A stretch of 64,000 bases of DNA from Clostridia bacterium (GTDB lineage Bacteria; Bacillota; Clostridia; Oscillospirales; Acutalibacteraceae). The translations under genes and the position numbers were made by a program. The notes below the pieces were generated by a model. That model saw only the letters and a list, made by a program, of their open reading frames with translations. It did not search any database and was not told where the DNA came from. Below, piece by piece: positions 27,772-36,692 of the stretch (the stretch's first letter is position 1; each line of letters starts with the position of its first letter). The stretch is taken from positions 73,086 to 137,085 of the forward strand of contig JAGALQ010000025.1 of assembly GCA_017625095.1 (NCBI GenBank). The letters are read 5' to 3'.

Positions 27772-29668
27772 CTTTTTTCGGCTCCTTTTTACGCACGGGA
27801 TTCCTGCGCACGAGTCTGAGATAAATTGTGCTCAGACCTGCAAGCTCGAGCGATATGCTCTGGTCGTGACCGTGCATCGGTCTTTCTGACGATTTGATTT
27901 TGCCGGTGCTTCCCTTACCGGTACCGCCGAACTGCTCTTCATCGGAGTTGAAGACAACTTCGTAAGTGCCGCCGTAGGGAACGCCTATTTCATAGCCGCT
28001 GCGGAACACCGTAGTGAGATTAGATACTGCAATAATCTCCTTGCCGTTTTTGTCAATTCTTCGGAAAGCGATAACGGAATTTGAGTTATCGTTGCTGGAA
28101 ATCCAGTTGAAGCCTTCCCAACCGAAATCGACCTCCCACAAAGGAGCGTTTGCGGCATAGAACTTGTTGAGTGCGCGGGTGTAATTGAGCAGCTGCTTAT
28201 GAGCATCATAATCTAACAGCAACCAATCAAGACCGCTGTCGTACTTCCACTCAATAAACTGGCCGAACTCCTGACCCATGAAAAGCATCTTCTTACCGGG
28301 ATGAGCGTACATATAGCCGAGGAAAGAACGCACACCGGCAAACTTCTCTTCATAAGTGCCGGGCATTTTATTTATCAGCGAACACTTGCCGTGAACGACC
28401 TCATCGTGTGAAATCGGCAGGACAAAATTTTCAGAAAAAGCATAGAAGAAGGAGAAAGTGAGACAATTGTGGTTGTTTTTGCGATGAATACCGTCGAGCG
28501 AGAAGTAACGCATACAGTCATTCATCCAACCCATATTCCACTTGAAGTTGAAACCGAGACCGCCCATAAACGTGGGCTTTGAAACCATCGGGAATGCCGT
28601 TGATTCTTCGGCAATCATCATACAGTCGTAAAAATCGCGGAAGATGGATTCGTTGAGCTTCTGAAGGAATTCAATTGCCTCAAGGTTTTCGTTGCCGCCG
28701 TTTTTGTTTGCAATCCATTGACCGTCGTCACGGTCATAATCAAGATAAAGCATTGATGCAACGGCATCGATACGAAGCCCGTCAAAATGATATTTATCAA
28801 GCCAGATTGCAGCGCTTGACATCAGGAAGCTCTGAACCTGGGTCTTTCCGTAATCAAAAACTCTTGTGCCCCAGGAGTAATGCTCGCCCTTGCGCGGATC
28901 GGCATACTCGTAACAGGCTGTACCGTCAAACTCATAAAGACCGTGGGCATCCTTCGGGAAATGGGCAGGCACCCAGTCCATAATGACACCGATTCCCGCC
29001 TCGTGACATTTATCGACAAGATACATAAGATCTTCAGGTGTGCCGTAGCGTGAGGTGGGGGCAAAATAGCCCGTAACCTGATAGCCCCACGAACCGTCAA
29101 ACGGATATTCGCTCAGCGGCATAAACTCGATATGAGTGTAACCCATATCTTTAACGTAAGGAACCAGCTCATCAGCCATTGCACGGTATGAGAGAAAATT
29201 GCCGTCATCATACTGCTTCCAGGAGCCTGCGTGCACCTCGTAAATATTTACGGGGCTTTCATATACGCTCGTCTTTCTGCGCTTTTCAAGCCATTTTGAA
29301 TCGTGCCACTCGTAACCGTCGATATCGTAAAGCTTTGATGCGTTATCGGGTCTTGTTTCGGCATGGAAAGCGTACGGATCACACTTAAAAAACTCCCTGC
29401 CGTCACGCGCACGGATGAAATACTTATATGAATCATATATCTTCAGACCGCTCAACGTGGTTTCCCACACACCGCTGTCATCCACCCTGTGCATCGGAGA
29501 GGCATCGCCCTGCCAGCCGTTGAATTCACCGACCACGCTGACCTGAGCTGCATTGGGTGCCCAGACACGGAAAACCACACTGTCTTCACCGACAAAATGA
29601 GCACCGAGATATTCGTATGCTCTTGCGTTTTCGCCCTTATTGAACAAGTAAAGAGGGACATTACCCAT
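27758..29668 (-). CDS. glgB: 1,4-alpha-glucan branching enzyme
   Basis: GH13 catalytic regions (DWVPAHF, GLRIDAV, MIAEEST, LPISHDEV) and an N-terminal CBM48-like region. Confidence 0.9.
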   Translation of the reverse strand: MGNVPLYLFNKGENARAYEYLGAHFVGEDSVVFRVWAPNAAQVSVVGEFNGWQGDASPMHRVDDSGVWETTLSGLKIYDSYKYFIRARDGREFFKCDPYAFHAETRPDNASKLYDIDGYEWHDSKWLEKRRKTSVYESPVNIYEVHAGSWKQYDDGNFLSYRAMADELVPYVKDMGYTHIEFMPLSEYPFDGSWGYQVTGYFAPTSRYGTPEDLMYLVDKCHEAGIGVIMDWVPAHFPKDAHGLYEFDGTACYEYADPRKGEHYSWGTRVFDYGKTQVQSFLMSSAAIWLDKYHFDGLRIDAVASMLYLDYDRDDGQWIANKNGGNENLEAIEFLQKLNESIFRDFYDCMMIAEESTAFPMVSKPTFMGGLGFNFKWNMGWMNDCMRYFSLDGIHRKNNHNCLTFSFFYAFSENFVLPISHDEVVHGKCSLINKMPGTYEEKFAGVRSFLGYMYAHPGKKMLFMGQEFGQFIEWKYDSGLDWLLLDYDAHKQLLNYTRALNKFYAANAPLWEVDFGWEGFNWISSNDNSNSVIAFRRIDKNGKEIIAVSNLTTVFRSGYEIGVPYGGTYEVVFNSDEEQFGGTGKGSTGKIKSSERPMHGHDQSISLELAGLSTIYLRLVRRNPVRKKEPKKVEKK

Positions 29669-29772
29669 TTTAACGACGAGCTCCTTTCACTTAAGGCACC
29701 GCAACAGCGCGGTGTCACCTAATTATACAAAATCATCATAACAAATATTATATTAAAATTCAAGTATTTATT

Positions 29773-29831
29773 TGTATTTTGTTACAAGATAAGTATAAAA
29801 AAAACTGAAATATTTGTGTATTTTGTTACAA
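29773..29831. promoter_or_regulatory. Pair of exact 15-bp direct repeats TGTATTTTGTTACAA in the glgB/acyl-CoA-ligase divergent region
   Basis: Copies at 29773-29787 and 29817-29831, 44 bp apart. Confidence 0.4.
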
Positions 29832-29928
29832 AAACGTTTTGTAAGCGGTTTATCAGGCAACAATTTCTTTTTATGTTTCACATTTTCCTTAAGTTTTGCG
29901 CACCGACAGGTTCACGTCTTGTTCATAA

Positions 29929-30058
29929 ATTGTTAACAATATCACCCCTAAAAACGCCATTATGGAATAAAATTCACGCAAATTTGAGCATTTTTGTCGA
30001 AAATTATTAACAAATTGTTACGATTGTTAAGGTTCAGTTAAGGTTCACTTGTTATAAT
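29929..30058 (+). promoter_or_regulatory. TTGTTA/TAACAA palindrome array, tandem 11-mers and a -10 box upstream of acyl-CoA ligase 2
   Basis: ATTGTTAACAAT (29929-29940), TAACAAATTGTTA (30008-30020), GTTAAGGTTCA x2 in perfect tandem (30026-30047), and TATAAT at 30053-30058. Confidence 0.4.
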
Positions 30059-30111
30059 TCGACCTGTAACAAATGGGAATATTGAAAAAATCAACATTAC
30101 CGGAGGACAAA

Positions 30112-31872
30112 ATGAATAAGACAAACAAAAATGAACTTCTGGCACCTGCCACCAAATCGTTCTACAAAGTCCGCGAATTCAGCACAATCAAAGAGCTGCT
30201 TAATCAGACATGTGAGCTTTACGGCGAGCGCAATGCTTTTGAAATCAAGCTGAAAGATTCAAGCAAACTTATAACTTTCAACGAATATATCAGCGACATC
30301 AACGCACTCGGCACAGCACTTCTCTCAATGGGTTACAAGGGCAAGCACCTTGCTATCTCCGCAAACAACCGTTACGAGTGGTGCCTGAGCTATATGGCAA
30401 TAATAAACGGCATCGGTGTTGCAGTACCGATTGATAAAGAGCTTCTCTTCCCCGACATCAACGGCATTCTTAACACATCCGATTCCGAGCTCATCTTCTG
30501 CGACAAGCACCTTCTCAAGGTACTTGAAAGAGACAAGATGAACCCCGACATCAAGATTGTCTGCTTTGACTATGAGGAAGACGAAGACGGTATCCTCTCA
30601 TTCTCAAAGCTTGTTGCAAAGGGCAGAGAATTGCTTGCTGCAGGTAACAAAGAATACCTCAACGCTGAGATTGACCCCGATAAACTGTGCTCACTTCTTT
30701 TCACATCGGGCACAACAGGCACGGCAAAGGGCGTTATGCTCTGCCATCGCAACTTCTGCTTCGAAGTTAAAGCAGCAATGAGCGTGCTCAAGATTTATCC
30801 GGAGGATACAGGCATCTCACTGCTTCCCCTCCACCACACATATGAAAGCACAATCATCCTCTTCTTTGCTCCCTACTGCGGTGCAAAGGTTACCTTCTGT
30901 GATGGCTTCAAATATGTGCTCAAGAATATGAAGGAGTTCTCTCCCTCAATCTTCGTTGCCGTTCCCCTCATCCTCGAAACCGTACACCGCCGTCTTATGC
31001 AGCGCATCAAAGCAAAGCCCCACGGCGAGTTCCTTTTCAAGTTCGGTTCAAAGGTATGTAAGATTGCAGGCAAGGTCGGCATCGACCTTCGCAAGGTATT
31101 CTTCAAGGAAATTCAGGACGCTTTCGGCGGCAATATGCGCCTTATCATCTGCGGTGCAGCTCCCATCCGCCCCGAAATACTCCGTGATTTCGAAGCATTC
31201 GGCATCCAGATTCTCTTCGGCTACGGTCTTACAGAGTGTGCACCGCTTGCAGTTATGAACAACGACAAGCTTCACCTTGCAGAGTCCGTCGGTCATGCAC
31301 TTCCCGGCACACAGGCAAAGATCATTGATCCCGACCCGCAGACCGGTTGCGGTGAACTTTGTGTCAAGGGTCAGATGGTTATGCTCGGCTACTACAACAA
31401 CCCCGAAGCAACAGCTGAGGTTATTGACGAGGAAGGCTTCCTCCACACAGGCGACCTTGCAAAGCTTGACGACAAGGGCAGAGTTTACATCAGCGGCAGA
31501 ATCAAGAACGTTATCGTTACCGAAAACGGCAAGAACATCTACCCCGAAGAGCTTGAGTATCATCTCAGCCTCAATCCCCTCGTCAACGAGGTTATGGTTT
31601 ACGCTGAAGAAAACGAAAAGGGCGAAACACTTGTCAAGTGCTCCATCTTCCCCGACGACGAATCTCTTAAAGAGCATTTCGGTGAGAGCGAATACACAGA
31701 TGATGACCTTCAGTCACTCTTCGCAGACGTTGTCAAGGAGGTTAACCACAAGCTTCCCGCATACAAACATATCCGCGGCTTCAAGCTCAGAAAGTCCGAA
31801 TTCCTCAAGAGCGCATCAAAGAAGATTCTCCGCTTCAAGGACGAAAACTTTACAGACGGCTCCAACAACTAA
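30112..31872 (+). CDS. AMP-dependent synthetase / long-chain-fatty-acid--CoA ligase family protein (paralog 2)
   Basis: FTSGTTGTAKGVML, GYGLTE and GQMVMLGYYNNPEAT...FLHTGD; same architecture as 10874-12547. Start moved to ATG 30112 (GGAGGA RBS). Confidence 0.8.
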   Translation: MNKTNKNELLAPATKSFYKVREFSTIKELLNQTCELYGERNAFEIKLKDSSKLITFNEYISDINALGTALLSMGYKGKHLAISANNRYEWCLSYMAIINGIGVAVPIDKELLFPDINGILNTSDSELIFCDKHLLKVLERDKMNPDIKIVCFDYEEDEDGILSFSKLVAKGRELLAAGNKEYLNAEIDPDKLCSLLFTSGTTGTAKGVMLCHRNFCFEVKAAMSVLKIYPEDTGISLLPLHHTYESTIILFFAPYCGAKVTFCDGFKYVLKNMKEFSPSIFVAVPLILETVHRRLMQRIKAKPHGEFLFKFGSKVCKIAGKVGIDLRKVFFKEIQDAFGGNMRLIICGAAPIRPEILRDFEAFGIQILFGYGLTECAPLAVMNNDKLHLAESVGHALPGTQAKIIDPDPQTGCGELCVKGQMVMLGYYNNPEATAEVIDEEGFLHTGDLAKLDDKGRVYISGRIKNVIVTENGKNIYPEELEYHLSLNPLVNEVMVYAEENEKGETLVKCSIFPDDESLKEHFGESEYTDDDLQSLFADVVKEVNHKLPAYKHIRGFKLRKSEFLKSASKKILRFKDENFTDGSNN

Positions 31873-31878
31873 AAACAG

Positions 31879-31922
31879 CCCGACTGATTTCACAGGCAGT
31901 GAGTCAGTCGGGTTTTTATTTC
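31879..31922 (+). terminator. Intrinsic terminator of acyl-CoA ligase 2
   Basis: Stem CCCGACTGA (31879-31887) / TCAGTCGGG (31904-31912), followed by TTTTTATTT. Confidence 0.75.
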
Positions 31923-31942
31923 AGATAAAGGGAGTTTAAACA

Positions 31943-32106
31943 GTAGGGGCAGCAACCTGCCGCCCGAATTTTCAGCCTCCTCTGACGAGGGAGCTTTTTA
32001 AGCACCTTAAAACAGTGTCATTTTGAGCGACAATCGAAGAATCTTTTAGATGGCACATTGTTTTTTCGGACGAGCAATGGTCGCCCCTACGCCGTTCAGG
32101 ATGACA
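31943..32106. repeat. Family B composite palindromic repeat, locus 1
   Basis: Inverted M2 module GTAGGGGCAGCAACCTGCCGCCCGAA (31943-31968). Then M1 GTCATTTTGAGCGACAATCGAAGAATCTTTT (32017-32047), M2 CGGACGAGCAATGGTCGCCCCTACG (32067-32091) and M3 GTTCAGGATGACA (32094-32106). Confidence 0.7.
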
Positions 32107-32143
32107 GTTTTTTTCGTAATGATGTTTGAGCTTATATTGCTTT

Positions 32144-32920
32144 TTATTCTTGCTCTGCAATTTTGATTTTTACACCAATATCTTCAAACTGCATCAGATC
32201 GTCTTCCGAAGATTCGCCGTCGGTAATAATGCAGTTCAGTTTGTTTGCAGGACAGATGCTGATTATAGAATCAAAGCCGATTTTTTCAACAGGATATAAA
32301 CCATAAACTGTTTTTGAGTTGTTTATGATTGCATTAGTCAACTCAACACTTCTTGACTTCTGAATTGAAAGACCGAACTTTGCCGAAACACAAGCAGACG
32401 TAACAAAGCACTTATCAAAGCGAAGTCTGTTGATTATCGATAATGCAAAGCTGTCATAAAAACAGCCGTTTCCCTGCATTTCGCCGCCTGCAAGAATAAC
32501 AGCTATGTTCTCCTTTTTACGAAGCTCTTCTGCAATAGAAATTGAATTTGTAACAACGGTACAATTTATATCTCCTATATTCTGTGCCATAAGGTAACCG
32601 ACACTTGCATTGGTAATATAAACAACATCATTTTCTGCAATCTCTTTGACAGCTGCCTTGGCTATTGCAAGATAGTTCTCCTTAACCTCAACCACCCGCT
32701 CATCGGGAGAAAGATTTTTGATTACATTTCCGCCGATTTGTCTTGCGGGAATAGCACCGCCGTGAGTTCTTTTCAAAAGTCCCTGTTCTTCAAGAAGTCT
32801 TAAATCCCTTTTTGCGGAGTCGTAGCTGATTTGAAAAGTTTCCTGAATTTCAGAATTTGATATCCTGCCTTTTTCTGATAAGATTCTGAGAATTTCCTGA
32901 TGTCTTTCTTCGATAAACAT
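32144..32920 (-). CDS. DeoR/GlpR-family transcriptional regulator
   Basis: N-terminal HTH (RHQEILRILSEKGRISNSEIQETFQISYDSAKRDLRLLEEQGLLKRTHGG) and a DeoR C-terminal sugar-phosphate-binding domain pattern. Confidence 0.85.
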   Translation of the reverse strand: MFIEERHQEILRILSEKGRISNSEIQETFQISYDSAKRDLRLLEEQGLLKRTHGGAIPARQIGGNVIKNLSPDERVVEVKENYLAIAKAAVKEIAENDVVYITNASVGYLMAQNIGDINCTVVTNSISIAEELRKKENIAVILAGGEMQGNGCFYDSFALSIINRLRFDKCFVTSACVSAKFGLSIQKSRSVELTNAIINNSKTVYGLYPVEKIGFDSIISICPANKLNCIITDGESSEDDLMQFEDIGVKIKIAEQE

Positions 32921-32987
32921 TTTTCTTCTCCTTTATTAACGCTTTTTAACGTTTTTCTCTGAGCTCAAGTGCAATATATCACACTTA

Positions 32988-33042
32988 TTCACGATTGTCA
33001 ACACTTTTCGTGAATTTATTTGAAATCGTTAATTAGCGTGAA
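32988..33042. promoter_or_regulatory. Candidate DeoR-type operator repeats (TTCACG / CGTGAA x2)
   Basis: TTCACG (32988-32993) and CGTGAA (33009-33014, 33037-33042), in the region just upstream of the DeoR gene. Confidence 0.3.
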
Positions 33043-33046
33043 CAAA

Positions 33047-33090
33047 CATTAAAACTCCACCTACCGGACAAAAACGGTAAGCGGAGTTCT
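33047..33090 (-). terminator. Intrinsic terminator of the GH36-like gene
   Basis: Stem AACTCCACCTACCG (33053-33066) / CGGTAAGCGGAGTT (33075-33088), followed by TTTTAAT on the minus strand. Confidence 0.6.
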
Positions 33091-33117
33091 TTATATAGTT
33101 ATTAACCTTATTGAATT

Positions 33118-35178
33118 TTATTTTGCTTTGTAGAGCATAATAACCGCTTTGGGTGTTTCGTTGATTGTCAGCGTCATACCGTCCGACATCAACTCACTGC
33201 CCTTCATCTCATAAACTGTATCGGGGTTATCATAATCATACACTTCATAAACCGTGTCAGACTCAAGTCCGCTGAGTCTGAGCTTATATGAGCTGTCTTT
33301 GACGTTTTCACGCTTGTAAATGAGCGCCGTGCCTTCCTTTGCATCGGTATCAAACTGCATTGCAAGGTACTTCTCTGTATCAAGACCACCGTTTGTCAGC
33401 GGATAGTAGTTGCCTACCATAAACTCTCTGATATCTCTGTAGCCGATTTTCTGTGAACAGCAGATAATGTTTGTACGGTCTGCATACTCGCCGTCAACAT
33501 ATGCGCAGGTGCCGTTATAGGGCAGCCAGAATGAAAGGCCGTAGGTCTGCGACTGTGTAGCCTGAAGGATGTCGGGCTTTGATTTACCGTTTTCATCCAT
33601 ACAGTTATAGTCACTTCTCCAGAGCGGAATGCTTCTGCGTGCCATCTCAACATCAATACGCTTGCCGCCTGAGCAGCAGTTATCAATCATCAGGCCGGGA
33701 TTATCTTCAACAAGTGTGTCGAGCATTCTGTACAGATTTGTAACGTAGTGGTTTTCGGTTATGCCTTTTCTGCCGTCGCCCCATCTTGAGTCAGCCTCTT
33801 CCCAGTAAGGCAGGGGTTCAGGTATGCTGTCGATTCTAAGATAGTCAACACCGTTTTGTGTGATTGAACGCTGCATAATGCCCGTAATATACTCAAGGCA
33901 ATCCTCATTTGCGAGGTTTACACAGTTTCTCTCCTCATCCTCTTCTACAAGCCAGCCATCGTGCTTGATGCATTCGTTATAAACTTCCGTGCCCGTACTG
34001 CAACGCTCGGGTTCGTGCCAGAGAATCAGACCGATACCCTTTTCGTGTGCAGCCTGCGACACCTCGGCAAAGCCTCTGTCAAACTTTTTCGGGTCAACAA
34101 ACCAGTTGCCGACGCTGTCGCCCCAGTTTGTCCTTATCGGAAACCATCCTGCATCAACCCAATAATAGTCAACCGCTTCGGCAAACCAATCGGGAATTGA
34201 ATTAATGTTTGCGACAACCGAATCAATTGTTGACTCGGGCCATTCAATGCCGACACCCGATGTTGTGATGGGCTTTGTGCCCTCGGGATAAACGCAGTCA
34301 ACCGTAAATCTGCGGTAGCAGTTGAAGCCTTTGAGTGCATTATCACCGCTGTAGAACGTGAGCGTTACAAGCGGAGAGCGTATGCTTTCGTCAGCTTTAA
34401 GGAAGCCGGAGAAGGTCTCCTGCTTTGCTTTGATTTTTACGCCGTCAAAGGTCTGTGCAAGTGAAGTGAACCACTGACCTGACCAACCGACAGCCAGCGT
34501 TGCGGATGCATCGCTGCCGTGAAGATTGAAGTAAGGCAAAACAGATTCTGTGCGTCCTCCGTTAGCGGTCAGATTCATAGGCAGGAAGCTGAGATGCGAC
34601 TTCATAAGCTGAAAATCCTCAGCTGCAGGCTCACTGCCCTTGTTCATATAGACCTCTGCCTTGCCTGTGGGCAGAACGCAGTCTGCTGCATAAAAATCCT
34701 TGATTACGGGAGAGTTTTCCGCAGCTGTATTATTGATGAAAACAGTCCACTCACAAGTGGCGTATTCTTCATAAATCGTGGCTTCAACGGTTGCTACCAG
34801 CCCACTGTGTTTATGGGTAAGAGTAATATAAGTTGTTTTACCGCCGCAATAAATTTCGTCCTCGCGACCCTCTGCACCGACAGATATATCCCAATCGTCC
34901 AAATTCTTTCGTAGAGATTTGCCGCCTACGGTAAAGTTATATGCAGGCTTATCGGTACAGAGCACATTTTCGTTGTACCAGCTTCTGCAGCTGTCCTTTT
35001 CAGCCTGTGTTACGGCTGTCTGAGCCGCATCCATCGGCTCAAATTCAACCTGAGTTGTGCTTGTCAGGTCAAGAGCTGCACGGTCAACCATAAACTTGAA
35101 ATTCGAATCGCTGACCGCAATTGAAGAAATCAAAAACAGCAGCACCTGAAGAAGCGAAAGCAGCGTTTTCATACGCAT
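33118..35178 (-). CDS. Secreted glycoside hydrolase, clan GH-D (GH36-like alpha-galactosidase family)
   Basis: Signal peptide. YYWVDAGWF, LRIDS and IDNCCSGGKRID motifs resemble GH36/GH27 catalytic regions. The family assignment is from motif memory only. Confidence 0.55.
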   Translation of the reverse strand: MRMKTLLSLLQVLLFLISSIAVSDSNFKFMVDRAALDLTSTTQVEFEPMDAAQTAVTQAEKDSCRSWYNENVLCTDKPAYNFTVGGKSLRKNLDDWDISVGAEGREDEIYCGGKTTYITLTHKHSGLVATVEATIYEEYATCEWTVFINNTAAENSPVIKDFYAADCVLPTGKAEVYMNKGSEPAAEDFQLMKSHLSFLPMNLTANGGRTESVLPYFNLHGSDASATLAVGWSGQWFTSLAQTFDGVKIKAKQETFSGFLKADESIRSPLVTLTFYSGDNALKGFNCYRRFTVDCVYPEGTKPITTSGVGIEWPESTIDSVVANINSIPDWFAEAVDYYWVDAGWFPIRTNWGDSVGNWFVDPKKFDRGFAEVSQAAHEKGIGLILWHEPERCSTGTEVYNECIKHDGWLVEEDEERNCVNLANEDCLEYITGIMQRSITQNGVDYLRIDSIPEPLPYWEEADSRWGDGRKGITENHYVTNLYRMLDTLVEDNPGLMIDNCCSGGKRIDVEMARRSIPLWRSDYNCMDENGKSKPDILQATQSQTYGLSFWLPYNGTCAYVDGEYADRTNIICCSQKIGYRDIREFMVGNYYPLTNGGLDTEKYLAMQFDTDAKEGTALIYKRENVKDSSYKLRLSGLESDTVYEVYDYDNPDTVYEMKGSELMSDGMTLTINETPKAVIMLYKAK

Positions 35179-35408
35179 TTTTACCTCCGTTTTTTATAAT
35201 AAATATTGACAATCATTATATTACAAACACTCCGCTGTTACAAGCATCTGAAAGAAAAACAATCATTTCTTATGCTTTCGAGCATTTTTGCTCGGCAATG
35301 TGCAACAACTGCCCGCAAAAAAAGTGTGCAATCTGCACAAACAGAGGTTTATCAAAAATACGCTGTTTGGCGTTGCCGCCGATTTTTATCAAACGGCACT
35401 TTTATTCA

Positions 35409-35436
35409 TTGACGAAGTAGTTTTTTGTGGTATAAT
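35409..35436 (+). promoter_or_regulatory. Putative sigma-A promoter of ptsH
   Basis: TTGACG (35409-35414), 16-nt spacer, TATAAT (35431-35436), with TGG immediately upstream of the -10. Confidence 0.55.
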
Positions 35437-35508
35437 ATGTATTACGCGAACGAAATCGTATAGGCTTTTTTGCCTTCATCAACTATATCAGAGGGAGATT
35501 GTTTTACT

Positions 35509-35772
35509 ATGTATGTTAAAGATGTAACTGTTCAGAATCAGGTCGGTCTTCACGCCCGTCCCGCAACATTCTTCATCCAGAAGGCAAATGAGTTCAAGTC
35601 TTCTATTTGGGTAGAGAAAGAGGATCGCCGTGTTAACGCAAAGAGCCTTCTCGGTGTTCTTTCACTCGGCATCATGGGTGGCACAGACATCCGCATCATC
35701 GCAGGCGGCGCAGACGAAACACAGGCTGTTGACGAGCTTGTTCGCCTTGTAGAATCCGGCTTCTCTGAGTAA
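35509..35772 (+). CDS. ptsH: Phosphocarrier protein HPr
   Basis: MYVKDVTVQNQVGLHARPA (His15 site) and NAKSLLGVLSLG (Ser46 site). GAGGGAG RBS. The track ORF starts 13 codons too early. Confidence 0.9.
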   Translation: MYVKDVTVQNQVGLHARPATFFIQKANEFKSSIWVEKEDRRVNAKSLLGVLSLGIMGGTDIRIIAGGADETQAVDELVRLVESGFSE

Positions 35773-35797
35773 GTTATTGCTCATTATCAACTAAAAC

Positions 35798-35845
35798 ATC
35801 TTGTCATGTCAGTTTTCTCCGCACATGGCAAGATTTTTTATTTTA
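35798..35845 (+). terminator. Intrinsic terminator of ptsH
   Basis: 12-bp stem ATCTTGTCATGT / ACATGGCAAGAT (one mismatch), followed by TTTTTTATTTT. Confidence 0.75.
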
Positions 35846-35862
35846 GCCAAAGGAGCAGTTAA

Positions 35863-36396
35863 ATGCAGAAATTCAAAACCGCACTGATGGACGAAGCTGC
35901 ACTTATCCGTGCAGTAAGACGAATATCGCACGAAATTGTCGAGCGCAACAAGGGCACGGACGGTCTTGTTCTCGTAGGTATCAAGAGCAGGGGACTTCCG
36001 CTGGCAAAGATGATAAAAGATAATATCGCTGCGCTTGAGGGTGTTGAGCTTCCGCTTGAAATGCTCGACACAAGCCTTTACCGCGATGACGTTGAAAAAC
36101 CTCTCAACGCTTCGTTAAAGCCGCTCGCAACCGACATTACCGGCAAACGGGTAATACTTGTTGACGATGTACTCTACACAGGCAGAACGGTAAGAGCCGC
36201 AATTGAGGCTGTTTTCTCTATCGGCAGACCTGCACGCATTCAGCTTGCCGTGCTCATTGACAGAGGTCACCGTGAGCTTCCGATAAGGGCCGACTATATC
36301 GGCAAGAATATACCGACCTCAAGAAGTGAGGCTGTAGCTGTTTATGTTAAAGAAATTGACGGAAGATACGGCGCAGAAATACTCGAGAACATATAA
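35863..36396 (+). CDS. pyrR: Bifunctional pyrimidine regulatory protein PyrR / uracil phosphoribosyltransferase
   Basis: [14 protein letters not shown] and [20 protein letters not shown] motifs with PyrR-like length and N-terminus. Monocistronic here. Confidence 0.85.
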   Translation: MQKFKTALMDEAALIRAVRRISHEIVERNKGTDGLVLVGIKSRGLPLAKMIKDNIAALEGVELPLEMLDTSLYRDDVEKPLNASLKPLATDITGKRVILVDDVLYTGRTVRAAIEAVFSIGRPARIQLAVLIDRGHRELPIRADYIGKNIPTSRSEAVAVYVKEIDGRYGAEILENI

Positions 36397-36445
36397 AATG
36401 GGATGTAAAAAAAGCGAAGACCGTATAAAACCATATAAATAAGCC

Positions 36446-36490
36446 ATGGGGTTCTGCAGAATAAAACTGTAGAACCCCATAAATTTTTTC
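36446..36490 (+). terminator. Intrinsic terminator of pyrR
   Basis: Stem ATGGGGTTCT (36446-36455) / AGAACCCCAT (36471-36480), followed by AAATTTTTT. Confidence 0.7.
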
Positions 36491-36639
36491 GAAATCATTA
36501 ATTGTATTTTTGTGTTTTATACTACGAACAAACTTCGCCACTCGGCGTACCCTTGTACGCCTTCAGGCAAGCAAAATCAAGTCTGAAGCCTTGATTTTGC
36601 TCAGTTTGTCCGTTCTTCAGCTTTTTTCTTATCCCATTA

Positions 36640-36676
36640 AAGGAGGCTGCAAAAAACTTTCGTTTTTTGCAGCCCA
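36640..36676 (-). terminator. Hairpin downstream of citrate synthase
   Basis: Stem GGCTGCAAAAAA (36645-36656) / TTTTTTGCAGCC (36663-36674). Weak U-tract on the minus strand. Confidence 0.45.
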
Positions 36677-36692
36677 TTGTTATCAATATTAA

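Noticed and set aside
35773-35862. PyrR-binding attenuator upstream of pyrR
   Set aside because: The only structure there is the ptsH terminator. No ARUCCAGAGAGGYU-like binding loop is seen and no pyr biosynthetic genes follow. pyrR appears monocistronic.
36520-36600. Hairpins GGCGTAC-cctt-GTACGCC and GCAAAATCAAG-N8-CTTGATTTTGC as further members of family A
   Set aside because: They carry no ATATCGA punctuation. The shared 7-10-mers with other loci (CGAACAAACT, ACTCGGC) are within chance expectation for a 64-kb window, so I left them unassigned.
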